DNA of 64,000 bases from Hemiscyllium ocellatum (taxonomy: Eukaryota): assembly GCF_020745735.1 (NCBI RefSeq), contig NC_083428.1:39928001-39992000 (forward strand). Direction: 5' to 3'. Below are positions 25,548 to 37,800 of this stretch, in pieces (the stretch's first letter is position 1; each line of letters starts with the position of its first letter). Below the pieces are notes generated by a model. It saw nothing but the letters and a program-made list of their open reading frames with translations. It did no database searches and was not told the origin of the DNA. A program made the position numbers and the translations under genes.

Positions 25548-26199
25548 ACTTGATCCTTCAACAATTCTCTTGCCTTCAGATGTTCCATCTCCAATCCTTC
25601 CTCAGCTTTTCTCCTTTCCATTTCTGGGGCAGGTTGTTTGCTGCAAACCATCTAACGTTTCTAGTTTCTTTAAGAGCACTTTCTTATTTCACACACACGA
25701 GGGACTCTATTTCATTCTCTAGCTTCAATTTCTAATGATTCTGACGATGACCATACCAATGCTTATTTTGTGTCTCGCCTTCTCCTTGAGCAAGGAAGCC
25801 CCGCCTCACTCAACGTAATCACTTGTATTAATATGGCACCTTTTTTAATATAGAAGAACTGTCCCCAGGATGTACATGTAGAAATATCAATCAGAATGTT
25901 ACCACACCACGTAAGGAAGCGTTAGGCCAAAGCCCAAATTGGAAGAATTTAAGACATTTTACAAATAATTCTCCCTTCGTACCTCATTTGTCAGGCCTTT
26001 AGTTTTTACCTCCTCACATTCTCCCAATACATGCTGGAACTCTCCCTCCGCTCCCTTTCCTTCATTGTCATCGTTTGCTCTCATTGCTCCTTGGAGACTT
26101 GTTGCTTTGATTTAGGTTTTGCACGTTCTGAGGCTGGAGCTCAGGTTCTGAGGGGAATTCACTGAGATGGTGGTCTCAGACCCGAATCACTCTGTCGCT

Positions 26200-26560
26200 G
26201 GACTGTGGCAGGAGTGACAGTGCAATGAAAGGGCTTGCTGGATTTATGTTTTGCTTGCTGGAGTTTCAGTACTGACACCTCAGACCAGAGCCTTCACCAC
26301 TCGCTCACTGTGAGCTGCTGCTGGACGTCATGTTGACATTGAACTTGTGCCAGGAGTTAACGTTGCTGCATTGTGTCCACTGCCAGCAGCCTTTCCTCAT
26401 TCAGAGGTCTCTGGGAAATAAAGATGGGCGGTGGTGGAGGGGGAAGAGGAGGTATTGAGCTGGGGAAAGGATCATTGAAGATCAAGCAAGAAGCTCTTAC
26501 GTTTTTCTCACCTTGAATGGGCTAATTGGAGCATCCTCATAGACCATTCCATGTCCTGTT
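26200..26560 (-). mobile_element. Possible Myb/SANT-like (Harbinger second gene) remnant
   Basis: Weak similarity (WTQC...KFN) on the minus strand. Confidence 0.25.
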
Positions 26561-27067
26561 ACTCCATTAGTCTGTAGAGCTCAGGACCACACACACCTAG
26601 AGCTTTGTCAAAGCTGTGGAGAGATTGAGGTACATTTATTCCTGAATGCACGTGGCAGCCATTGGAGGAGCACAGAATCATCATTGGCTTTCAATCAGCA
26701 ATGAGCTCCGGAATCCTGCTCCCTTCAAACACGGATATTAAGATCAACAGCAGTACCCCTGGTGAACTCCCCCAGGATCAACCAACTTAGTGCAGATCCA
26801 TATACAACCATTGAGACGGATGTGAATTCCTCACAGTGAATGATGCTCACATTCACAGAGTCACCAGAACAATTGGTTTGACATCCAAATTAGTACTTTC
26901 TATTGTCACAAATCTCAACAATCTTAATCGAGGGATCCTCACTCCAACGATAACCTTCTGAGGCCCAGTTCTGGAAGCTGCAACATCTCAAACCTGTTCT
27001 TATTAAACTGAAATGATGCTATGTCCTTTGCTAACTTTGTATGCAAACATTGTCTTTTCTCTTGCAG

Positions 27068-27390
27068 CTCAGCAACTCCCTGACCCTTCAGTAAAACTGC
27101 TTGGGCCTTCAGACGAGGAGATGTCCAGGAAAGGAGCCGGAACGTTAGTTTGTCTGGTCAGCAAACTGTCCATGGGCTTTGCTGCGGTCAGCTGGACAGT
27201 GGATGGGAGTCCGACGAGCAGTGAGGTCCAAACCAGCGTGGTGTCCCGTGACCCGGACAACAGCTTCAGTCTCAGCAGCTACCTGACCGTCCCTGGCAGT
27301 GATTGGAGCAGTGGGAAGGTGTACTCCTGCACAGTGCAACAAGGAACAGCTTCAGAAACAACTGCAACAGTCTCTCAATCCGGCTGTTAA
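27068..27390 (+). CDS. Ig light chain constant (C1-set) exon
   Basis: Acceptor TCTTTTCTCTTGCAG in phase 1, matching the J donor. Protein PSVKLLGPS...LVCLVS...VSWTVDG...SLSSYLTV...YSCTV...SGC* has both domain Cys, the Trp and a terminal Cys. Confidence 0.95.
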
Positions 27391-27716
27391 ATATTTGGAA
27401 GTTTCATGTGTTTGCTGTCTAATTTCGGCAGAAAATGTCACTTACCTTCCACCCCTTCACCATTACCTACCCTCTTCCTCTGGAGTCTGCTGCATTTTGT
27501 GTTCCTGTTTTGCTTTGTGTGATTGTATTATGTTTGAAGTGTTTGTGCCTGAGGCAGGTTCTGTTCAGTTTCCCATTTAGAGTTTCATGGACCAGGTTCC
27601 AGTCAAGAATTTCAGTTCATGTGGGTGCTGTGATCAACACCCCATGCTGGATTTCATGTGAGTTCATGATCAGCCAACAGTATCAGGCTAGTAATGACTA
27701 TTGCTTTGTAATGTAC

Positions 27717-27722
27717 AATAAA
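27717..27722 (+). terminator. Polyadenylation signal AATAAA of the IgL transcript
   Basis: AATAAA about 330 bp after the C-exon stop codon. Confidence 0.7.
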
Positions 27723-27834
27723 AAGTTTTGAGATTAACGAGTTTTCATTTCTCTGGAGGGATACATAACAAAGGGCGTGTAGACATTACGTGGCAGAGCA
27801 ACTCAGTCCTGTCGAGTTAAGTGACATGGAAACT

Positions 27835-27990
27835 CTACAGTGTGGAAACAAGCCATTCAGCCCAACAAGTCCACACTGACTCTTCGCGCATCCCATCCAG
27901 ACTCAACCACCCCCATCCCCCTCACCCTATTCCTGTAAAACTGCATTTCCCATGGCTAATCCACCTAACTTGTACATCTTTGGATAGGAA
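27835..27990 (-). mobile_element. Partial HE1-type SINE 3' fragment
   Basis: CTACAGTGTGGAAACAAGCCATTCAGCCCAACAAGTCCACAC tail sequence. Confidence 0.7.
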
Positions 27991-28689
27991 CTCCCAGATA
28001 TTCACAAGGATTGTTCTTTTCAATCTGTGCAAGCAGGCAGTTGCAGCCTCCAAATAATGCAAGTGCAGGACAGCACTTCCAACAAAGCAGCACAGCCTCA
28101 GTACGGCTCCTCAGTACAGCCATGGCTTGATGTTCAAATTCTCAAATTCTGGTTTGTATCCAGAATTTCAGGACTCAAACTGAGTCCTCTTAACTGAACT
28201 GCAGTCCCATGGTGTCACTGGATAAGCAGATGCATGGAAGTATCACCCATTAAGTCACATGTTGACCCCATCGCTCCTCTGGGAAATGCAGCCAGAGCCA
28301 TATCCATAGTGTGGTTCAGTGCACAGGGTTTGTATGGAAGGTTAGAAAGAATTAATGATACGTGGTTCCTTGAGAGCTTTTCTTTGCCTCCAGCCCTGAT
28401 TTCAGGATGATGCTTTGTCTCTTTGGTGTAAGGGTCAACACTGCCATTGAGTAGTTGCAAACTGAGAGAGGGTGTGTAACTGCCAGAGGTCATATCCCAT
28501 CACAGTACTAATGACACCATCAGATAGAAGGATGTGGTTCTGCAGACAGAGTTTATAAAGTTGCGTCAGGATTAAATAAGAAGGACTTCAAGGGCTGCAT
28601 TTTCTGGATGACTCCTAGTGCCATGCACTAGTGGGCATGGAAATTGAAGAATAGTACACAGGAGAGAAGATGAAGAAAGGATGCAGGAG

Positions 28690-30200
28690 AGAGGGAATGC
28701 TGGGACATTGAGTATAGATATTGGGACACGGTAGTGGGCTACTCGGCCCATTTAGCCTGCCCTGCCATTCAATACAATCATGACTGATTAAATATTTCAA
28801 CGACTTTTATCCAGCTCACGACCATAATTAGAAATCTGTCAATCTCACCTCAATTTACACAAATAGGAGTTTCAACAGCCCCTCTTCAAGGCAATAATAT
28901 CTTGTAAGGTTTAGGGAGACCAAAATTGCACATACTATTTCAGGTATGGTCTAACCAAACTCCTATACAATTGAAAAAGGTTTTCACTTTTCCTGTACTC
29001 AAATCCACTTGCAATGAAGGCTAACATTCCATTAGCCATCTTAATAACTTGCTGCACTTGCATGTTAGCCTTTAGTAACTTATCAACCAGAAAACCTATG
29101 TCCCTTTGTACTCTACACTTTTCAACCTGTTATAATTTAAGACATACTCTATATATCAATTGTGATTACCAGGGTGGAATACCTCATATTTTCCACGTTA
29201 TATTCCCTGTTCTTGCTCATTATCTAAGCCTGTCCAAATCTTTCTGAAGTCACATTATACCTTCTCCACGACACATTTTCCCACTTAGCTTAGTATCATC
29301 TGTAAATTTGGAAACATTACATTTGGTCCCCATGTCAAAATTATTGATATATGTTATGAACAGCTGGGGCCCAAGTACTGACCCTTGCAGTACCCCACGA
29401 CTCACAGCCTGCTAATGTCAAATTGACCGATTTATTCTCTGTTTATTTATCTGTTAGCCAATCGTTAATTCATACCACCTATTCCAAAGTTTCTAATGAC
29501 CTTCTATAGGAGACTTTATGAAGAGCCTTCTGAAAATCTAAATATACCATGTCCATTTTTTGTACACCTGTAAAAACCTCAAATAAGTTCATCAAACGCA
29601 ATTTTCCATTTGTAAATTCATGGTGACTATTCTCAAAGAGATGATTGCCATCCAAGTGTCTAATTCTCCCATCTTTTCCAATAGATCCTACCTTCTTTTC
29701 TTATTATTGGTACGAGACTAACAGTTCTTTACTCATCTCTTTTCTTTCTCACCTGGTATTTCACAAGCACATGACATTTGTTACCTTCCCTCCTGCAGGA
29801 ATCATTCCACAATTTATAAGACTTTGGAAGATGATAACCAATACATCAACTATCTCTATAGCTGACTCCTTCAACGCTTTCAGATGTAGAACAGCAGATC
29901 CTGGGATTTATCAACTTCTAACCCCATTAACTTCTCCAGTACAATCTTCTTACTGACACAAATTTCCTTCAATAGCCACTTAGCTATCTAGTTCTGGGAG
30001 ATTCCTTGCTTTTTCATCAAGGAAAACAGACAGCAGATAATTATTGAACTTCTCTGCTATTTTTATGCTCTATTATAAATTCTCCTGAATTTGCCTGGAA
30101 TAGATCCACATTCATTTTGGCCAAACATTTCCTTTTTTTTTGCATTAATATTCTATTTTCCCCATTTTAAAAAACAGTTTATTGTCCTCCTTTGCTGTAT
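28690..30200 (-). mobile_element. Old CR1 LINE RT/3' fragment
   Basis: CR1 tail (CTCGGCCCATTTAGCCTGCC) and RT remnant similar to the other copies. Confidence 0.65.
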
Positions 30201-31971
30201 TCTATAAACAATGCAATCCTCAGATTAACTGAGTCTGACAGATTTATAGGTCTCTTCTTTTCATCTTATACAATCCTGAGCTTCCTTTGTTAGCTACAGT
30301 TGACTGTCCTTTTATGAGTCTTTGCACCTTGAATGAATTTATTGTTGCTGAAAGTCACATCATATTTTTTAAAGATAGATAATAGAAATCAAAGTTCAGT
30401 TTGGGGGTGAGAAAGTGGAGTCCCACAGTCGTGTTCTGGAGTGAAATAAAGGAAATTACATAGACATGAGGACAGTTTTGGCCCAAGCAGTTTGGGCAGG
30501 AATGCTAAAAGGTATGAGCAGTGGCAGTTATTTAAGAAGCTACTCAATTCCTCACAACTAAAACATATCCCAGTGAGGATGAAAGATAGTGGTTGGGGTG
30601 GAGGAGGGCGATGGTTAAAAAAAATCCATGGCTACTCAACAAAGTTTGGGGCAATATCAAGTTAAAAACTAAGGTTTTCCATATTGTAAAGGTCAGTGGC
30701 AGGCTGTAAGATTAGGAAACTTTCACACATAAACAAAGGGATACTAAAAAATTAATAAAAAAAGCTAAGATAAATTATGAAAGAAAACTAGCACAAAATA
30801 TATAAAAAAATTGCAAAAGCATCTATGGGTATATAAAAGGGAAAAGAGTTTATCTTTATCAATTCTTGACTTTCCAGCATCAGCAGTCCTCGCTATCTCC
30901 AAGTTGCTCCAACCTAGGATATTAAACAATGCAGTGGTGGAGATAATCCATTGGTTACAAGATACAGGCAAGGTTCCAGTGGATTGGAAAAATGTTAATG
31001 TAATGGTCTTATTCAAAAAAGGAGGGAGGCAATATGTGGGAAATTACAGACCAGTTAGTTTAACATCAATTGTTAGGAAAGTGTTAGAATTAGTTATCAC
31101 GAAAGCAGTATCAGGGCATTTAGAAAGTCAAAATGTTATCCCTCAGAGTCAGCATGGTTTTATGAAGAAGGGCAACTCATGTTTTACTAATTTGCTAGAG
31201 TTCTTCGAAGATGCAACAAGCAAAATAGATAAAGTATCCTGTAGATGTAATATATCTAGACTTCTGGAAGGCATTTGATAAGGTGCCACACAAAAGGTTA
31301 ATTCACAACATTGGACTATATGGCATTGGGCATAATTTATTAGCTTGGATTTGACTGGCTAATGGACAGAAGACAGAGAATTGGGATAAATGTTTTTTTT
31401 TCTGGATGGCAAGAAGTAACTGGTGGGGTGCAACACATTTCAGTCCTTGGACCCCAGCTATTTACAATCTACATTCATGACTTTGATACAGGAAAAGAAA
31501 ACTCTAAAGACAAATTTGCAGGCAACACAAAAATAGGCAGAATGGTAAACTGCAATGAGGAAATAAGAAGCTGACAAATGGATATAGATGGGTTAGGAGA
31601 GTGGGTCAAAATGTGGCTTATGGAGTTTAATGAGGATATGTGTACGGTCATACGTTTTGGTTGGAAAATGGGATGGTGACCTATTATCTAAATGGGGAGA
31701 GACTTCAGGATGCTCCCATGCAAAGGGATCTGGGTGTCCTCATTCATGAGTGACAGAACACTAGCATGTAGGAGCAGATAATAAAGAAAACAAATGGAAT
31801 GTTAGCTTTTATAGCTAAAGGTTTAGAATGTAAATGTAAGGAAATATTGTTGCAACCAAACAAGGCTTTAGTGAGACTGCACCTGGAATACGATGCACAG
31901 TTTTAGTCCCCTTATTTGAGGAAAGATGTCGTGGCAAAGGAAGCAGTTCAGAGGAGATTCACCAGATTCCA

Positions 31972-32185
31972 GAGAAAGGTCAAGAAGTGTGGTGCTAGAA
32001 AAGCACAGGTCAGACAGAATTTGAGGAGCAGGAGAGTTGACATTTCGAGCATAAGCTCATCAGGAAGAACTTATGCTTGAAACATTCCTGATGAAGAGCT
32101 TATGCTTGAAAGGGCTATTCTCCTGTTCCTTGATGCTGCCTGGCTGGCTGTACTTTTCCAGTATCTGCAGTCTTCACTTTCTCCT
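31972..32185. mobile_element. Palindromic Penelope-end mini-element with duplicated hammerhead-like core, TSD GATTCCA
   Basis: GATTCCA at 31965-31971 and 32186-32192; imperfect inverted arms; CTGATGAAGAGCTTATGCTTGAAA. Confidence 0.7.
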
Positions 32186-32556
32186 GATTCCAAAAAAGGG
32201 ATTTGTTATACGAAGAGAGATTGAATAGTTTAGGCCTATATTCTTAGGAATTTGGAAGAATGAAGGGAGATCAAGTTGAGGTATTCAAGATGAGAAAAGG
32301 TATGGATAAAATAGACATGGAGTGGATACTTCCTCTTGTGGGGTATTCTAGGACGAGAGGTCATAGTCTTAGGATAAGGGGCAGCAAATTTAAGACAGAG
32401 TTGAGGAGAAATGACTTCTCCCAAAGGGTTGTGCAGCTGTGGAATTCATTACCCTGAAGTGCAGTGGATGCTGGAACAGGCAGAAAAATGGGGGTGAAGA
32501 GCACATCAGCCATGATCGAATGGCAGAGCAGACTTGATGGGCCAAATGTCCTAATA

Positions 32557-32782
32557 GCTGAAAATGTGTTGCTGGTTAAAGCACAGCAGGTTAGGCAGCA
32601 TCCAAGGAACAGGAAATTCGATGTTTCGGGCATAAGCCCTTCATCAGGAATCATTCTTGATGAAGGGCTTATGCCCGAAACGTCGAATTTCCTGTTCCTT
32701 GGATGCTGCCTGACCTGCTGTGCTTTAACCAGCAACACATTTTCAGCTGTGATCTCCAGCATCCGCAGACCTCATTTTTTAC
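32557..32782. mobile_element. Palindromic Penelope-end mini-element with two opposed hammerhead cores, 15-bp TSD
   Basis: 96-bp inverted arms (93/96 identical) around 32652; TSD CCAAATGTCCTAATA at 32542-32556 and 32783-32797. Confidence 0.85.
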
Positions 32783-32819
32783 CCAAATGTCCTAATACTG
32801 CTGCATGTCATATGATCTC

Positions 32820-33700
32820 ATGCCTTCGCATGTACTTTTGTAATCCGCCTCGGCAAATTAGTTCCTCACGCCTTCATAATTTTGCTTCTTAAAATTTAAC
32901 ATCCTTGCTTCAGATTGAAATGCTTCACTTTCAAACATAATGCTATCAGATTGCTAAGCCTGTACAAGTCAGACTGTTTACACATGAACAGAATGGGGAA
33001 CAATGTAAGAAATGAACACGAACAAGACATTGGGACCTTGAGCCTGCTCTACTCTGCAATAAGATCATGACTGAAACCTTAACTTCATTTTCTTGCCCAC
33101 TCCCCAAAATTTTAACCTTGACTCCCTGGTTGTCAAAAATCTATTTAATTCAGCCTGGAATGTATTAAATAACTGAACCTCTACTGCATTTTCAGGAAAA
33201 GAACAATGACCCTCCAAGAGAAGTAATTTCTCTTCACCATCTTTAATAGGAAACCCTTTGGTTTTAAACTTGTCCTCTGGTCTAGACTCCCCATGCAGTG
33301 AAATAATAGTCCAATGCAAATACAGTTTTTATTCAAAAAGGAGACTAAGCTGCATAGAGTACTTTTATTAAGAGTTTCACCATAACCCTGAATAGTGCAG
33401 TTTCCTTTATTGTCCATTCCCCTAAAATACAATCCAAATTTTCAATTGCTTTTCTAATTGCTGTATCTGCATCTTTATCAAACTCTCCGCAGTAATTTCC
33501 TGCCCTGCCCCTATGGTGTCTCTCAGTATTTGCATGGAATAACTTGACACTTGGCAGTTTTCTGCTGAAACATTGATGCCTGTTGTCTTACATCTTTGAT
33601 TAACACTAGCAGTCCGAAGGTGCCCTGTCCATTGACAAACAGAATCTGAAGATAGCATAGAATCACACAGCACGGAAACAGGCCTTTCAGGTAAACTAAA
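32820..33700 (+). repeat. Copy 2 of the old dispersed duplication (partner 327-1800)
   Basis: See copy 1. Shared CR1 remnants lie at equivalent positions. Confidence 0.85.
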
Positions 33701-33774
33701 TTAGTCCTGTTTGCCTTGGTTTGTCCGATATTCCAAACACCTTTTTATTAAAAACCTCCAGTTTTGTTTGTTTA

Positions 33775-34385
33775 TTCATGGGATGAGGCATCACTGGCTG
33801 GACCAGCATTTATTGCCCATCTCTAATTTCAGAGAGTGCAGTTAAGAGTCACCCACATTGCTGTGGGTCTGGAGTCACATGTAGGCTGGACCAGATTAAA
33901 ATGACAAGCAGGAGGCTAGAAGAACACAGCAAGCCAGGCAGCATCAGGAGGTGGAGAAGTCAATGTTTTGGTTATAAACCCTTCTTCAGGGCTTGTACAG
34001 ACTTAGCAGCCTGATAACATTAATGTTTGAAGAAGGATTACACCCGAAATGGTGACGTCTCCACCTCCGGAACTGCCTGGCTTGCTGTGTTTTTCCAGTC
34101 GCCTGCTTATCTACCTTGGATTCGAGCATCTGCAGTTTTTTTTTGTCTCAGACCAGGCTACAATGGCAGTTTCCTTCCCTAAAAGGATATTAGTGAAACA
34201 GATCAGTTTTTTTTGACAATTAGCAGGGGCTTCATGGTCATTATTATACTCTTGTTTCCAGAGTTTTATTAAATTTTATTAAATTTAAATTCTGCCATGG
34301 TGGGATAAGTACCTGGGCACCCAGAACATTACCTGAGTCTCTGGATTAACAATCCAGTGGTGATACCATCAGGTCATTGCCTACA
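33775..34385 (-). mobile_element. Deu-domain tRNA-derived SINE (SacSINE1-like), interrupted by a Penelope-end insertion
   Basis: Deu-domain sequence TTAAGAGTCA..CACATTGCTGTGGGTCTGGAGTCACATGTAGG; LINE-derived tail CCAGCATTTATTGCCCATC. Confidence 0.75.
33895..34150. mobile_element. Palindromic Penelope-end mini-element (second family), TSD GACCAG
   Basis: Inverted arms with TGAAGAAGGATTACACCCGAAA core and a short spacer; GACCAG at 33889-33894 and 34151-34156. Confidence 0.7.
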
Positions 34386-34849
34386 ATGCTGACAGCTCCA
34401 TATTTGAGCAAGGAAAAAAATGGCTCAGGCCACTAGCACTTGGAGGATTGCTAGAGACCAGGTACCTGTTCAGCCTCAGACAGGAGATGACTCAATGTTG
34501 TTGGTGATGAGAGATTTCATCCAAATGCTCAGAGTGAAACATTTGGGGGCACTGTCTCTCACTGCACAGAAGTTGTGTAAATGCAATAAGTCCTGGCACT
34601 GAGTGCTACGAGGGCAGGTTGGTAGAGGTACCACCTGAAGATTGAAATACATACAAGCTCCTCTGCATCTTTTACTCAGGACACTGCAGAGGTGGCCAAG
34701 CCCTCCAGCTCACCTTGCCTCCCTCCTGTGAATCCTTGAAAGGTCAAGCCAAGGGGAAGCAACTTTCAGAAAATCAAGATTCAGTTGAACCAATCACAAT
34801 AGCTGGTGCTCTTGTGCTTCAAAGTGATCAGAAAGTGGATCAAAATACT

Positions 34850-37800
34850 CAAGTTATTAGAACTGAAAGAAGTTTAATCTATCAAAACTGTGAAAGGTTC
34901 ATGTCAATGGACTAGGAAAAGAATCATAAAATTGTCTCCACGATCCAAGGGAAAGACACTGGGTGGAGTTGGCTAAGTAAAACATTAAGACAGAAGTGAA
35001 ATTTTGCTAGAATTGAGTATCTGGGAAAAAAAAGTGTTCTACAACAGGTTGAAAATTTGCTTTAATGTTTGTGTTCAGATCCTTCTGACTTCCTGAGATA
35101 AGTTTTTTTTTGTGTGCAATAAATCAATACTTTGTTGTTAAAGAACATTTGCAAGTGTAGTGTGAGTATGTGATTAACCAACTGCAAAAGTTAAAACTTC
35201 TGATGTTTCAAACCCAGCTTCATTCTGGTATCTGGCTTATCCAGTATTACTGTCAGTTAGAATCATAACAAAGTAGAGGTCTTATCACAGTGATATTTGT
35301 TGAACTGTACTTCTTTGAAAGAAATGAATACAGATGATACTAGAAACAAATAAGAGTGTGGTGAAGTCCATTATATGGATTCAACTTTTGAAATGGTAAT
35401 GAATATAAATATAATTTTTCAGTGAATAGAAGCAGCAACTGGATTATTTAAAATATCTGAATTAGGCTAAACTGAGAAAGTTAGCAGGTAAATTTGAGGT
35501 AGAAAAAAAAAGGATAACAGATTTTAAGTAATTACCCAACATTTAGAAAGCCATTTCACTTCATTTGAAAAGTTATATGGGCAGCCAAAATAGCAAAATA
35601 CACTTGGACCACAGATACAGCTATGACTGGGGAACACCAATTTGTCACAAGAGTAATGTGCAGGTTGTGGAAGTGCTAAAAAAAAGGCTCAATGCTCATG
35701 AACTGGCCCCTGAAGCTTACTAATTACCTAGTCAGACATTTGCAGAATTTCAAAGAAAAATAAATGTTAAGGGCACAGTGGTTTCAATCACTGACGTTTG
35801 AGAAACAATTTTTGAGCAAGTTAGGGAAATTACGAATATGGAAAAATTTATTTTGATAAGTATCAAATATCAAAGATCTGAGAAGCAACAGTTCTGGCAG
35901 ATGTGTGTGTATTGTCTTGTAAACAGGCGATAGCTTGGAAATTCTGTTATTGAACTCATAAGTGTAAATGAAAAGGACAAAGATAAAGCACATGAAGTTC
36001 CTTTGTTTAGTCTATCTTCTTTCATAGAAATACAACAAATGAATCCTAAATTGAGAGATTTATATCAACAGCCTATTCAGAAATTTAGTCAATACTAATA
36101 CTTGAATATTATTATTGAAAAGCCAAAATACTAATGAGGGACTGAAGAAAATCCAACAGGTCAGAGTCCTGAATAGCATAATAAAATTTTATGAATTGCT
36201 CACAATAGATCACTTAGGTATTAGGAAAACACAGACAACAATACTGAAACATTTTTATTGGATAGAACGACATATAGAGGAGGTGAAATTTTGCCAGACA
36301 TGCCATATATATCATGTAATGGGAAATCCTAACACATGAAATGCAGAATCAGCTTTCAAAGAACAATTAAGCAGGGTTGTATATGACCCCTACCTAAAAT
36401 CTGGAGTGGGAATCAGTATTTTTTTTAGCATTTATGAATGTTTTAATACAATTATCTGACTTTGGGAAAAATTAAGACCATAAGATGTAGGAGCAGAAAT
36501 CAGCCAGTCAAGTCTGACCTGCTATTCAATGAACTCATGGCTGATTTGAAAATCCTCAACTCCATTTTTCTGCCTTTACCTGATCATTGTTTATTCTGTT
36601 TGTCTCAGCCTTGAATATACTTAATGATGCAACCTCTATATTTCTCATCTGATTATGCCAGAAGGCATAATCTCAAAATAATGTGTTACACATTTAACAC
36701 AAGTTACCTATTCATTTTATCAATCACAATCTCAAGAAACACAGGAATGATGGTATAAAACTCTGATGAAATGATTAGAACTTATTGTCAGGAATATCTT
36801 AATGATTGGAATCAAGGGATTCTCTTGTAACTATTTGCCATTAAAAAAGTCCCAAATGAGTCAATTGGACTCCATCCTTCTGAACTAATATACAGATTGC
36901 ATACAGAGGATCATTAAATTGTTAAAGAGGAATTATAAACCAAAATTCAGACACTGTGCTTCCAATGTATATGCCAAATTTCAGAGGAAAACAAACAAAA
37001 ACATTAAAATTGGACTGAAATCATTCAAAAAATGCTCAATCATCAATGAAAAGGGAATAAAAAGGCTAATATCAGAAATTAGTTGTTGAAAATATAGGTG
37101 TTAATATTATTACCTGTCTCTGTTGAACCATTAAAATCAATTAGAACATCTAAAATCAAAAAGAATTCAATGGCGTGAATTGTTACTTCAGAAAGGTGGA
37201 AGAAGCAGTGAGATATAGCAGCGTGATAGTCAGGAGAAAAGTATATATTTAATATAGTGAAAACAATAGGAAGCCCAGCCTGTACTGTTGGGATGGGTCA
37301 GGAATTTAGCTTTAGGTTCAGCAGATAAGGGGACAACTACGATAAGGTGGGCCAGTCAACATAGGGTGGAGGGTATACAGAACAAATGAGATAGAAATTG
37401 GTAAATGACGTCAAATTACTTTGCTATATATGTCATTTTACTACAAGATAAGCATACATTGGCTATGAGTTTTTTTCAAAAACTGAATGCCTGTCAATGG
37501 AAATATTGGGCAGTGGAAAAAGAGACTTGTGTTAGCTTTATGGCAATTTGAAACATCCATAGTCAAACACTTTGAAGAAGCTATTATATATAGTGGCTAT
37601 AATCCTTTAGTTTCTTTGAAGACATTTTGTGACAAAGATTGCTTCACTGGTACTGAATGTCACAGCCATACAATTTGCAAGTTATTCATGTGGTTGGCAA
37701 GAACAATTTTACAGTGGACATTTTGTTCAGGACAAAAATGAAAAAAAAGGGAATGCTATGATCAAAATGGAGCTGGGTAAATATGGTTGTTATGAAGATT

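Larger units (their letters stand above)
30350..32820 (+). mobile_element. CR1 LINE ORF2 3' portion hosting two Penelope-derived insertions
   Basis: ORF 30811-31278 has GNYRPVSLTSIV...SQHGF...CFTNLLEFFE; CR1 tail at 32500-32820. Confidence 0.85.

Noticed and set aside
26152-26161. NF-kB-like GGGGAATTCA in the J-C intron
   Set aside because: Mismatch to consensus, lies beside probable transposon remnant, expected by chance.
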